From NCBI RefSeq assembly GCF_009914755.1, contig NC_060926.1: a DNA stretch of 64,000 bases. The stretch is one strand, 5' to 3'. Every line of letters starts with the position of its first letter. The stretch's first letter is position 1. The notes below the pieces were generated by a model. It had not been told where the DNA came from, searched no databases, and saw only the letters and a list, made by a program, of their open reading frames with translations. The translations under genes were made by a program, and so were the position numbers. Positions 13,397 to 27,137 of the stretch are shown piece by piece. The stretch comes from the human T2T-CHM13v2.0 reference genome, Homo sapiens.

Positions 13397-15250
13397 CTGT
13401 CTTCATCTGTTCTGTGTTGCTATTATAGGATACCTGAGACTGGGTAATCTATTTAAAAAAAAAAGACGTTTATTTTGGCTCAGCATTGTGGAGGCTGGAA
13501 AGTGCAACATTGGGAAGCCACATTTGATCAGCATCTGATGAGGGCCTTTTACTTCATCATGACATGGAAGAGAAATGGAAGGGGAAGGAGGCACACAAAA
13601 GAAAGGCCAAATTGGAGAGGCAACTTCACTTTATAACAATCCATTCTTTCAAGAATTATTCCATTCCTAAAATAATCAACCCAATCTCAAAAGACATGAA
13701 TCCATCTTAATGACCTATTTTCCTTTTAAAGGCAGTACCTCCCAACAGTGCCACATTGGGGAACATGGTTCAACATGAGTTTTGGTAGAAATAAACCACA
13801 TTCAAATCACAGCATTCTATCCCTGGCTCCCCCTATAACTCATGTACTCACAATGAAAAATGCTTTCAACCCATTTCAATAGTACCCAAATCTTAACTTA
13901 TTCTAGCACTAAGGCAAAAGTCTAAAGTCCAAAGCTTCATCTGGGACTCAAGGCAAAGTCCTTCCAGCTATAAGCCTGTAAAATAAAAAATAAATGTATT
14001 TTCTAAATACAATGGTGGAACAGGCATAAGATGAGTATTCTCCTTCCAAAAGGGAGAGAGAGGCAAAAAGAAAAATCAGCCCAAAGTAAGCCTGAAGCCC
14101 AGCAGGGTAGACATTAAATCTTAAAGCTCAGAATATTCTTGTACTTCATGTACCTTTTCCTGGGCACACTGGGGTAGAGGAGGGGCTTCAAGACCTCGGA
14201 CAGGCCCACCTCCAAGACTTTGCTGGGTGTAGCCCGTGTGGCTACTGTCATGGATTGGGGTTGCATGCTGGTGCCTGCAGATTTCCTAGGCTGGTGTCGC
14301 ATGTTGCTGATGACTTCTGTGGGTCTGGAGTCCAGAGGGAAGTGGCCCTGCTCCCATGGTTCCACTGGGTATTCTAGAGAAGACTCTCTGTGCTGACTCT
14401 GCCACTGTGACAGATTTCTGCCTGAGCTCCTAGGCAGTTTGACAAAAACTTTGAAATCTAGTTGGAGGCTGCTGCACCTCCTCCACTCTTGCATTCTGCC
14501 TGCATGCGGAATTAGCACCATATGGATGTGGATATTGCCAAGGCTTACGACTTTTGCCTTTTGAAGCTGCGGCATGAGCTGTACCTGGGATCCCTTGAAC
14601 CATGGCTGGAGCAGCCAGAGCAGCTGGGATGCATGGAGCAGAGAATCCTGAGGAGTGTGCTTGAGGCCTATCCCCCACAACATTCCACCCTTGGAGACCT
14701 CTGGGCCTAAGATAGGAGAAACAGCCTGGAAGATCTTTGAAATGCCTTTGGGGTCTTTTTCCCACTGTCCTGATAAATGGCCTCTGGCTTTGTTCTCTTC
14801 ACACTAATCTATTTAGTGAAGAGTTGCTGTACCGCACCCTTGGCTTTTCTTCTGAAAACAGTTTTATTCTCTACCACATGGTCAAGCAATAAATTGACCA
14901 AATCTTTTCACTCTACTTCCCTTCTTTCTAGCAGTTCACTAGCAGTTAGAAGTAACCAGGCAGCAGCCTGAACATTTGCTGCTTAGAAATGTCTACAAAG
15001 CCCTAGGACAGGGACACAATATGATCAAGTTCTCTGCTAATGTCTAACAAAGATGGCCTTTACACCAGTTCCCAGTAAGATAGTCCTATTTCCATCTGAG
15101 GTCTCATCTGAATGGCTTTTACTGTTAATATTTCTGTCAGCATTCTGGTCATGACAACTGAACCAATCTCTAAGAAGTTTTAAACATTTTTTTAGTCTTT
15201 TTTGTCTTCTTTTGAGCCCTCATTATATTATCCTTAATGCTCCACATACA
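13397..15250 (-). mobile_element. MST-type MaLR: 3' LTR (13397-13814) plus internal region, 5' LTR missing
   Basis: LTR tgtcttcatctgtt...cattcaaatcacagca, then ttctatccctggctcccc and about 1.4 kb similar to the MaLR internal region at 35519-37106. Confidence 0.85.
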
Positions 15251-15329
15251 GAAATACTATTTATAATAGAATATTATTCTACTTAAATGATAGGTAAGGG
15301 AGGTGATGGATATGGTAACTAACTTGTTT

Positions 15330-18190
15330 AAAAGAGAAAGATATGACTATGTGCTGTCTATAAGAGATGAGACTAACTTTAGATTGAAATATAAAAATAG
15401 GTTATAAGTAACTTGATTTAAAAATCTGTACCATACAAACATAACCATAAGAGAGTTAGAGAGGCTATATTAAAATCAGACAAAAACATATTTTAAACTA
15501 AGGTATATTACTAGTTATAAAGAGGGATCTTTTAATTAAAAAAAGGTCAACACGGAAGGAAAAGATAACAATTATAAAGGTACTTAACACTAGAGCTTTA
15601 CAATATATGAAGTAAAATCTGACAAAATTGAAAAAATAGAAATGGACATTTCAACAAATATAATTGTGATTTCAACACCCTTTTCTTAATTGATAGAGAA
15701 AGAACAGACTAAATAAGTAAAGATACAACAAACATGAAAAATACTATTGTTGTAGAAAAAAACGGGTTCTTGTCACACGACCAGAAAATATTAGGCATGC
15801 AGACACTTTGAAGAGTGAGGGGGAGTGGAATTTATTGGATGAAAATAAAAAAAACCCTGTCAGCAAAGCGAGAGGGGTTCCTGTTAACAGGTCTCAACCT
15901 CACAGATCGAATCCCAGGTCACCACCCAGGAACAGAAGAGGCCAGGCTCCTTCGCCCTGGAAACAGGGCGAACTTCCTGAGCCTCTACCCTGTCTCTGCA
16001 GTGCGCAGGTGGGCATTATTCAGAAATAATCAGTCAGGAAAAGGGAAGGCTTCATCTGGGACAGGCAGCCTGGTTTCTCAGCCTTCAGGCTGTTTCAGCC
16101 TTCAGCCTCAGGCGGGGTTTTGCCAGGGGACCCTTGGCTGCCTCCTGTCTCTATCATTCCCCCTCGAAAGGAGCACATCTAACTGCCCTTAGAATAAGGA
16201 TAAGGATAAACACGAAGACCAATCTTAACTGCTTCCTGAAGACAGAGGGGGCTGCTTTGGGGAAATGGCAGTCAGATCTCCCTCAGAGGCCAATCTAAGC
16301 GTTCCTGGCAAAAGGGGCCATTGTCCAAGGCTCTGTTTGCATGACCATTTGGAGTCTGCTGGCCTGAAGGAGAGAAGGGACAAACCAGGTTATTAGAAAA
16401 CATGTATCCAAATGAAACAAGGGGTGGGTGAGGACAGCTCAAAAACCCGAGGTCTTTTACGGGTGTGTACATGGAGAGGGAGGCTGAAAGCCCACTGGAA
16501 AAAAAAAAATACTTTTACCTTTTTGCCAGCGTGTTAGGCTTCTGGGTCCCCTTCCCCTGAGCCCAGTCCTAAGCCAACCAGTTTAAGGTTTGTGAAATTA
16601 ACTCTTCCCAGTTTGGAGGATGCATATGACGGGAGCGTCCCAGAGTATGGACACACAATTACCTATCAGTGAAGAGAGGACAGAGGAGGAAAAAGGAAAA
16701 AAAAAGTAGGCATTTTTTTTCAAAGGATTCCTAGGGATTTAGGATGCATTCAAAAGGGGTACAGACTGAAGATGAATGGCTACTCATCTAGAATGAGGAG
16801 AGCAAGCGTCCCTGATTCCTTTCTCTTTCTAGCAAATACATGCGGTACGTGAGGGAGGGAAAATGAAGCATTCCTCTTTCTTTCCCCCATTCTTATATCT
16901 CCCAGTTTCGGTGACCACGACAGGGTGCCATCCATGGGTGTTAAAGTGGCTTTCAACCATGTTCACAAGGGGACTTAGGTGATAGGAGTATCTGCTCTTA
17001 CCCACATATGCCCCATCTCCCCTGCTGTCAGTAAACTTTGACAGGAACAGGAACTTTCCCAGGAACAGGAGAGGCCAGGCTCCTCCGCCCTGCAAATGGT
17101 ACAGACTTCCTGAGGCTCCACCCCAATCTCCCAGTGCGCAGGCGGGCATTATTCAGAAAGAATCAGCTGGGAAAAGGGCAGGCTTCATCTGGGATGGGCA
17201 GCCCAGTTTTTCAGCCTTCAGGCTGTTTTAGTCTTGAAGGTGGGCTTTTGCTGGGGGACCTTTGGCTGCCTCCTGTCTCTGTCACTATCAACCAACTGGA
17301 TCTAGTTGACATCTATAAAATATTTTACACAACTGTAAAATATACATTACTTTCAGGCATACGTGTAACACTCTCAAAGGGACCATATGCTAAGCATTAA
17401 CAAATGTCTCAATATACATGAAAGGACTGAAATCATATAAAGTATATTCTCTGATCCCAATACAATTCTATTAGGAATCAACAACAAAATGAATAGTTGG
17501 AACATCTTCAAAATTTGAAAATTAATCATAAAGTTATAAGCCCATTGGTCTAAGACAACCTTTTGAGAGATATTAAAAAAATCATATGAATAAAGATGGA
17601 AACACAAAATTGAAAAGCTGATGGAATGTGGGTAAGCTAGTGCTTAGTGAGAACTATAGCTTTTAGCCTTAATTTTAAAAAACATAAAAAATTTAATGTT
17701 AAGAATGTAAGATTCTCTCCAAAAAACTAAAGACACACAGATCAAATCCAAAGTAATTAGAAGTAAATAAATAGTAGATCTCTGAGTGAAAAGAATGAAA
17801 AAGAAAGTAGAAAAGGAGAAAAACAGTAACTAAAATTTGTCCATTTTTAAAGATAAAGGAAGGAAAACAAAAAAAAATACTGATAGACTTTTAATTAGAT
17901 TGACCAAGAAATAATGAGAGAAGAAACAAATTATCAAATTGGGAATGTGAAAGGATTCTCACTATAGAAACTGTAGAAATTTATAATGTAGGACTATAAA
18001 CGGAACATTATGAACTACTTTATTCCAATAACTGTGAAAAACCTAGGTGAAATGGATAAATTTGTGAAAGACACAAATTACCAAAACAAACTCAACAAAA
18101 ACAGAAAATAGTGAGATCTATATCAAAAAAATGAATTATTAGGAGACAAATGTGTAAAACTGACAAAATTTTTGAAGTCACTTTACTAAA
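15330..18190 (+). mobile_element. Old L1 (L1M4/L1MC-like) ORF2 endonuclease region, interrupted by an ERV1
   Basis: actatgtgctgtctataagaga, gaggctatattaaaatcagacaaaa and caaccaactggatctagttgacatctata are decayed L1 EN-coding motifs. Confidence 0.85.
15748..17284 (-). mobile_element. Deleted ERV1 provirus (MER61-like LTRs, HUERS-P3/MER52/MER61-type internal): 3' LTR 15748-16156, internal 16157-17040, 5' LTR remnant 17058-17284
   Basis: Two homologous LTR copies, TG..CA termini, 4-bp TSD CTAT, polypurine tract (ttccccct on +) abutting the 3' LTR. Subfamily from memory. Confidence 0.85.
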
Positions 18191-18198
18191 GATCACAT

Positions 18199-19652
18199 AT
18201 GAACAGCATATACAAATGGCCAACAAAAGTGAAAATTGCCCAACATCACTAATGATTAGGGAAATGCAAAGCAAAACCACATGCGATACCAACTTACTTC
18301 TGCAAGAATGACCATAATTTAAAAATTAAAAAATAATAGACATTGGCATAGATCTTGTGAATCAGGAACGCTTTTACACTGCTAGTGGAAATGTAAACTA
18401 CTATAACCACTACGGAAAACAGTATAGAGATTCTTTAAAGAACTAAAAATAGATCTACCATTTGATCCAGCAATCCCACTATTGCATATCTATCAAGAGG
18501 AAAAACCGTCATTAAATGAAAAACACACATGCATGCACATGTTTATAGCAGCACAATTTGCAATTGCAAAAATGTGGAACCACCCTAAATGTCCTTCGAC
18601 CAACAAGTGGATAAAGAAATGTGGTATGTGTATATACCATGGAATACTACTAAGCCATAAAAAGAAACAAAATAATAACATTCACAGCAACCTGGATGGA
18701 AATGAAGACCACTATTCTAAGTGAAGTAACTCGGGATTGGAAAACTCAACATCGTGTGTTCTCACATATAAGCAGGAGCTAATCTATGAGGATACAAAGG
18801 CATAAGAACGATATAATGTTTTGGGTTTTACATTTAAGTCTTCAATTCATCTTGAGTTAATTTTTGTATAAGGTGTAAGGAAGGAATCCAGTTTCAATTT
18901 TCTGCATATAGCTAGCCAGATCTCCCAGCCCCATTGATTAAATAGGGAATCTGTGTATATATCCAAAGGAATATAAATTATTCTGTTATAAAGATACGTG
19001 CATGCATATGTTCATTGCAGCACTACTCACAATAGCAAAGACATGAAATCAACTCAAATGCCCATCAATGATAGACTGGATTAAGAAAACGTAATACATA
19101 TACATCATAGAATACTATGCACCCATAAAAAGGAATGAGATCGCGCCCTTTGCAGGGACGCGGATGGAGCTGGAAGCCATTATTCTCAGCAGACTAATGC
19201 AGGAACAAAAACCAAGCACCCATGTTCTCAGTTATAAGTGGGAGCTGAACGATAAGAACACATGGACACAGGGAGGGGAACAACACACACTGGGGCCTGT
19301 TTAGGTGTGAAGGGGAGAGCCTGAGGAAGAACACCTAATGGATGTTGGGCTGAATACCTAGATGATGAGTTGATCTATGCAGCAAACCACCATGGCACAC
19401 GTTAACCTGTGTAACAAACCTGCACATGCACCTGGCACTTAAAAGCTGAAGGAAAAAGACAAAAAGAATGATATAATGGACTGAGGACTGGAGAAGTGTG
19501 GGAGGAAGGTGAGGGATAAAAGACTACACATTGGGTGCGGTTTACACTGCTCAAGTGATGTGTGCACCAAAATCTCCTAAATCACCACTAAACAACTTAT
19601 CCATGTAACCAAAACCACCTGTTCCCTAAAATCTATTTAAATAATAATAATT
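18199..19652 (+). mobile_element. L1PB 3' end (5'-truncated), interrupted at 18819-19463
   Basis: L1PB-type 3' UTR (gatacaaaggcataagaacgatataatg..gggataaaagactacacattggg..caccaaaatctc); TSD-like aaa(g)atcacata at both ends. Confidence 0.9.
18819..19463 (+). mobile_element. Older L1PA (about PA13-16) insertion with a 5' inversion
   Basis: 18819-about 18950 is antisense ORF2 and about 18951-19463 is the sense 3' end; 15-bp TSD aagaa(c/t)gatataatg. Confidence 0.9.
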
Positions 19653-19872
19653 AAAATCACATAATTCTTATAGTAATTTAAACATCATTTTAATAGTTCT
19701 ATATCACTTGTATTGACATTTTGATATAAAATTAGACTAATTTGTCTTTCATTTTTTAATGTTTTCACTTCTTTTTTAGTTACATTTTTTAATTTGTAAA
19801 ACTTTTCTGTGGTTAAAATATCAAGAGCCGTAGTATGAAAAATAAATATACATAGAAAAGACTTACTTTAGG

Positions 19873-20707
<835 letters not shown>

Positions 20708-23009
20708 TGTTCCACCATGATTCTCTCTGTTCCTTAACAGTGTAATTTTTGCTAGTTTATTCATTTTCCATCTGGTGTTTACTTTTTAAGAAAGCAATTG
20801 CAGGTATAGCCATTGCTTTTCAGACATTTATTAATGCTTACCACACATTTACAGGAACAACTACTGTGAACCATGCATGGTGCTAGGTTTTAAAGATTAA
20901 AATGATTTAAGGGGAAATGAGATTTTCCTCCAAAATAAAAAAACTTACTCTAACTTCCAGATTTAATTGCTAAGCACACATAATTGCAGCTAAAACAGGT
21001 TGATGAGGGATTGATGAGGGAGAGTATAGAGAAGCGCCTGTGTGGCAACTCTGTTCACATTTAATTAACTGTCTATAGATGGCTGCTACCAGCATTGATC
21101 AAATGACTACCTATACATATTTTACTCTTACACAGGAAAAAATTAAATTGGATCATGATATAATATTTATATAACTTTTTACCACCCATGTTTTAAGATA
21201 TAAATTCTAGATTAATGGAGAATACATCAATTTTAGGCAATTTTACTAAGAAGAGCAGATATTGAAGAACAAAAAGAAACACTCTGTAAATACAGGTGTC
21301 TACTCGAAGGTTCATCGAAATTTAAATTTGTTGTGAATTCTTCACAATGAGACTTTTCATTTTCATTAGAATTCTTGCAGCATTATTATTCCAGGATTGG
21401 AATACAGTTGCATATGATAATCTTTGTTTCCTTTATAATAACTATGAGTGACTCAGTTAGGAATTCACCTTGGCACAGGACTAAGTTATTTCTGATCTAC
21501 TCAATGGAGTGTATGTATTTAGGATTATTCATCCTTGTTTACTTAATGTGGTTTTCTTCACACATTGTTTTTTAGATGTCATTTGAGAGAAACAAAACCT
21601 TTAAGTCTTACTGAGAGGGAAGATGAATTTTCTAACCCTGGGATTTGGCTGCTCACTGAGTGTACACATAATAGATGGGTGCTTCCATTGTATTATTAGG
21701 GGCATTCAGTAGAGGGCCTCTCATCTACCAGGGCACAATTGAGTACTCCTGATTATTGATTTGTTTATTTGTGTTTGTATATTTGTAATTCCCCTTTAAA
21801 TACTAATATTATCAAGTGTTCTACCACATGTGATTTCCCTGTTCTGAGCTGTCTAACATTAAGTATAATGGCCAAACCCCATTTTCTGTGGGATTTGGGA
21901 TTCTTGACCTAAGGACCACCCAGCACCATGCCCCTGAGACCTCCCATCCTGAACACAGCTAATCGGACTGGAGAAGTCCATCTGAGGAAGAGGAAGCAGT
22001 TGTCTTCTGTAGTCTGACCAGGAGATTAGCAAGAAGTCTGGCCCAAAAACTCTGCCCCACAGGTTTCTCTACCAAATGGTGAAGGCCAGGTGTTCAGTTA
22101 CTTTTTCCTAAGGTGTTGAAACGTAAAGCATGTGGAAAACATGCAAATAGAAACAGCAAAATGGAAGCAAACAGAGACCATGAATCAGTAAAATCCATGA
22201 AATTAAGGGAAGTGAAAATCAAAGTCGGAAAATAGTGGCAGCCGCTCCACAGTAGTGGAGCATGAGGGTAGGTTATCTTCAAGTAGTGAGGTTTGTGTAA
22301 ATTAGATTTCTTTATATTTTCTCTACTTTTTAATGCTCTGCAATTTAAAAAAATGTTACTTTTGTCATCAGGATAATATGTTCAAATTTTTAAAAAGTAC
22401 CTAAAATTTTAAAAAATCACTAGCTTGATTTAACTAGATTTTCCTTTGTTTATCATCATGACTCTGCAAAAGCTGCAGCATCTGCTGCTTTATGAATGAA
22501 GTGCTGATTAGGCAAGCAAAAATACAGTTTTCCAGACCTCACATTTAGGCAACTGTTAAAAGCCTAGTTTCCGAGTCAAAGCCAGATATAAATTTCTACC
22601 CTGTGTCTCAACTCAGGGCCAGTTATGGATGGTGGAGAGTTTGAGATACTAGTGGTTAAGTTTAATTTCAGCTGCCTGTGTTTGTAACCATTTGACTTTA
22701 TCTAAGGAAGGCAATTCTACACCTTCTCTCAATAATTTTTTTTTCCACTTGGTTTTCTCTGACATAACTGAGATCATTGACATTCTGACTAGAGCCTAAG
22801 AAATTTCATGTATGTGTCTGATTCAGTGGTTCAAGGCCTTAAAGATAAGCCTTTAATTCTGAGGAAGAGCCTTTAGCTTCTCCCGTCTCTTAATACAAAC
22901 CTGATTCATGCCAGGTTTGTCTAGGGGCTACGTGGATGGTTAATAAAAACATGTAATTTCTATCCCCCAAATTGTACCTATTTAGGATTAGATTTCAGAA
23001 TCTTATTTG

Positions 23010-23165
23010 AAACTTAAACAGGCTTTAGAAATAATTTTGTCCCACTCTATTATTATAGAGATGAATAAATGTACTTTCAAGGCAAGTAGAGCGACTTGCC
23101 AAGATTACAAAAAAATGTCTGCGACAGAGCCGAGTCTAGATGTTTATCTTCTAGTTTCCAGCCAG
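23010..23165 (-). mobile_element. MIR relic
   Basis: attatagagatgaataaa..gcgacttgccaagattaca..gacagagccgagtctag is a reverse MIR core. Confidence 0.55.
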
Positions 23166-24658
23166 ATACTAGTTTTATGGCTAGTTTCCGCCATGCTCTG
23201 AGGGAGGCACATTTTCCATCATCTTTTATCTCAACACTGAATACTGTTTTTGACACATAGTAGGAAATCAATTAATACTATTTAAATGAATACAAATACA
23301 TGATGTAAAATATATCAGAGAAGTCTATTATGTGTTTTCAGACAAGCTTTTATTTCTACAGTGTATATTTTTATGAAACTGATATGTATTTTTTTAGACT
23401 AATGTGCACCATCAAATAGCACTCATTTTTGAAACATTTTGAGCGTGATATGTATGTACCATCAAACGGAATTGAGTAATATCTGAAGTTGTACTGGGCA
23501 CTCTGCCAAGATTTGTCCAAAGAAAGTAATGTGAAATTAGCTTTGCCTTTCTGAATATTTACAAAATCCAAGCAAAAAAAGAAAAATCCAAAGGGAAAAT
23601 GCTGATCTCTGGAATACTTTGGACAATTCATGCATCAAAAGCCAACTGCAGAGCCACTATTTGCAAGTCAAGTCTCAAGATGGTATACTATCTCCAGGAA
23701 AAGGCTTGGAAGGTAAGTAAGCACTACTGTTGACCCCAATATCTCAATTTCCACGGAGAAACCATATTTGTTAAGATGCAGAGAGATCTCTCTAAAGTGC
23801 TATTGCCGAGATTAAATTTGAGCCATCTGAAGGCTTCGTCATTATCTTAGATCTTAGCCTTACTTGTGCCTTATTCTATTCTTTAACTATCACTTATGCT
23901 GCAAACTGTGATCCTATTGTGATTTTACCCTTACTAGGTGGTTTTCCTGGTAAGATAAGTATTTGATTCTGCTCAAATTTCTCCTCTTGCCTTCCTAACT
24001 GGTCTCAATCTTTCTTTCTGCTTAGTATCATTCTGTCTCAGCACCCGTTTATCTGGCTGCGCTTTGGCCAGTTTCATTGTTTATGATTATTTGGTTTTGG
24101 TGCCTGCCTATATGATCAGTTCAAGTCCTAGCCGTGCTGGAAAATTTCTGGCCCCATTACAGACCAGACATTTCCACTCACAGCTGCTTCTGTATCTATC
24201 ACAAGTATGCATTCATGCCCATGTGCATCAATCCTATATCAATAGTTGTTTCTACAGAGATAGCCTCTGAAGTCCATCCTTTTGTATATGGTCATAGGTA
24301 AACTGAAAATGGGAAGTAACAAGGTCTCTGTTAATTAAAAGGTCCATTAAGGGCTCAATGCCAAAAGTTGGATACGGGAAAGCTTGCCAAGTGCACAAGG
24401 TTAGAAACTTAATTGCACTTCTCTTTACGAAGATTTCTATCAACTGCAGTTCTCAAATATATGACCTTCCTTTAATTTTGTACTGATGTATAAAATGAGG
24501 ATTTTGCCTGTTTTTGTACTTGCCATTTGGAGGACATATATGCATGCCTGCCATAAGTGGAATTTACATATGTATATGTAAAACTACGATTCTTGGCTTT
24601 ATATCAGTGGAAAAACAAATCAGATTATGTAGATAGATCTGTCTTTATACCTGATTTG

Positions 24659-24662
<4 letters not shown>

Positions 24663-24706
<44 letters not shown>

Positions 24707-24712
24707 CACACA
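24663..24712. repeat. (TA)18-(CA)6 microsatellite
   Basis: Directly visible. Confidence 0.97.
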
Positions 24713-26294
24713 TACATTCATATTTATTTTAATGGGCAAAATATTTGAGAATATTTACATGAAATTTTTTATGTAGTAATCTAATTTTGGAATTGCACTA
24801 TTTCTTTTGTAGAACTCCAAAAATAATCAGTACACAAATTTGAAAGCAAAACAGTAAACTTGAAGTCATTTTTGGTTACTCTATCTTCTCAGAATACTGA
24901 GGTAATTAGACTACAGGGTGTCCTTCAATACTTGAAATTATATTTTGCTGTTTGCAATTAAGATGCACTGCAGAATATGTTGTCATGGAATGGCCACCCC
25001 AATGGCTGTCAAGCAGACATTTTTCTTAGCCAAGTCACACAGGTAAGTAACAAGGTAGATTCAAGGTTGATAAAAAGCAAAAGCAAATCCACACTTATTG
25101 GTTTCCTGGTGTGACATTGAGTATACTTTGGGATTTCACAGAAGGGTTAGTCAGAGTATTCCTTCCTATATTTTGATCAGTTGCTAATACAGGTTTGATT
25201 CCTCTTTCAAGTAGAAATGACTCAGCTATAAATTTATAGCTGCCTCTGTAGGTAGTTAATGCAGGTGGATAAGCAATATTGACAGCATGACTAAGTCTAG
25301 CCAAAGCAGGTGCATGAAAAATTATTAGTCCATTCTGCAAAACCCTAGGCCATCTATTCTGTAGGATTTATCTGTCTTTTCCATTCCCGGTATCAAGTTC
25401 TTAACTACTAAATTAAGCTTATACTGAAGAGGAGGAGCTAGGAAAATCTTCCTTAGATATTCAGATACTCAATATTCCATTAATCGATTAATTAAACAAG
25501 AAATCAATTAAATCACAATTTATTTGTGCACTTTTCATGTGACAAGCATTTCGCTGGTTCTGATCTCACAAGAGATAAACATAAGAAACCATTTCTGCAC
25601 ACTGAGAACTCAAAGGTTTTTGTGGGAGTCAGACCAGTTATGAGGCTGCGTTCCAGTTTCAAAAATAGCAGTTTATATAAAGAGATTGAAATTTCTGAGA
25701 AGATTAATAGAATTCAGACCTGAGAAGACCGCTCAAGTCAAGGGACAGTGCCAGAAGCGAGCATACCCCTAGCTGTGTTATCGCTGCCTGGTGATATCCT
25801 GTGGGTCTTTTTATTTTATAATATTTCAGAGATGTGTTCTGTAACTCATATATAGGGAGTCAAATTCTGTTATTTCTATTCATGCCTGGCATATAAGACT
25901 GATATGATCTTACTGTTAGACTTTTCATGAAGAATGGATGTTAGATTCAGGTATATATTTTTGAAGTTAAATGGCCCTTGTTACAGATGTACCAGAGCTC
26001 CCCAATATAGAAGCAGTTCTTCCAATATTAATTACTATGTGTTGTATATTACAAGTTGCCAAGGTACCAATAGAAAACACACAAAGTCACTGAATGGAAA
26101 CCCCCCAAATAATGTAAAAAATATCACCTCTTTTAGCTCTTAGAAAATGATGTCGACTTCTTTCTAAAGGATATTGTTACTGGAGGGATGAGGAAAAAAC
26201 TCAATTTGGAGGAAATTAGAAAATAATTTGCAGTTTAGAAGGGGGTTATCTTATATACATGTTGGTAATAATTCAACATTAACAATAAATGTTA

Positions 26295-26555
26295 TAATAA
26301 CAACATAGTTATCATAGTAAACTATTTTATACCAAAGCAGTAGTCCCAGAACTTAACACATATTAACTTTTGATTCTTATTACAGTGCTATGATGTAGGT
26401 ATGTATGTCACCCCGCTTTAGATATAAGAAAAAAAGAGGCAAAAGGAGACCAAGTTTTTCCAAAATCACAGCTGGTAAGTGTCAAAGCCTAGATCAATCT
26501 AGATAGCCTGGTTCCAGGTGCCTTAGTCTTAGTCTTTTCAACTGTATGCTGCCTA
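26295..26555 (-). mobile_element. MIR, near full length
   Basis: Reverse MIR (..tatgatgtaggta..ccccgctttagatataagaaa..caaaatcacagctggtaagtgtcaaagc..). Confidence 0.7.
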
Positions 26556-27137
26556 TGAATTTATGATACCTCACTTCTTCTCCTATGCTGTGCTCATGGT
26601 AGTTTATGTTAATTTTTCAGTTAAAACATTTGTCTTTTCCAAGTGTGCGGTCATGCCATTGGTCTATTTTTATACCACTACCTTTGAACTTTTCTCCGTC
26701 TGATGTATTTCTCTTATCTACATGTGTAGATCATTACCTCCAGAATAATAGTTGTAGCAATGGGCATTGTTGCCCTAATGGGAATTCTTCAATTGTCTTC
26801 CCCAATATGTGTGAGTTGGCTTTGAGGTTAAGCTAAATATATCTTACAGAGCTAAGGTTTATGTAAGAAATCAACTTCAGAAATCCAGCTGAAAGTCAGT
26901 AGTGTGAAGAGAGGTAGTCAGAATGTAAATCATTTCAAAGGTAGAGTTGAGAGCATTTCTTGATAGATTGGATGTGATGTGTGCAAGAGAAACAGAGGAT
27001 TCAAGGATGACTCATTTTTTGATTGTCATTGTTTTTGGTCTGGCCAGCTAAAAAGGAGAATGTATTACCTACTAAGATGTGGAAGGCCTGGGAGGAGCAA
27101 GTTTTGAAGAAAGGTCAAGAATTTATTTATTGCTGTA

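Noticed and set aside
14114-14765. 189-aa and 111-aa ORFs
   Set aside because: They lie in MST-internal sequence; decayed MaLR frames.
15815-17400. Two similar ORFs (125 aa and 120 aa) suggesting a gene duplication
   Set aside because: They are antisense translations of the two LTRs of one provirus.
21900-22290. More GC-rich segment, possibly an ancient LTR33/LTR16-type LTR
   Set aside because: Similarity too faint to assign termini or family by eye.
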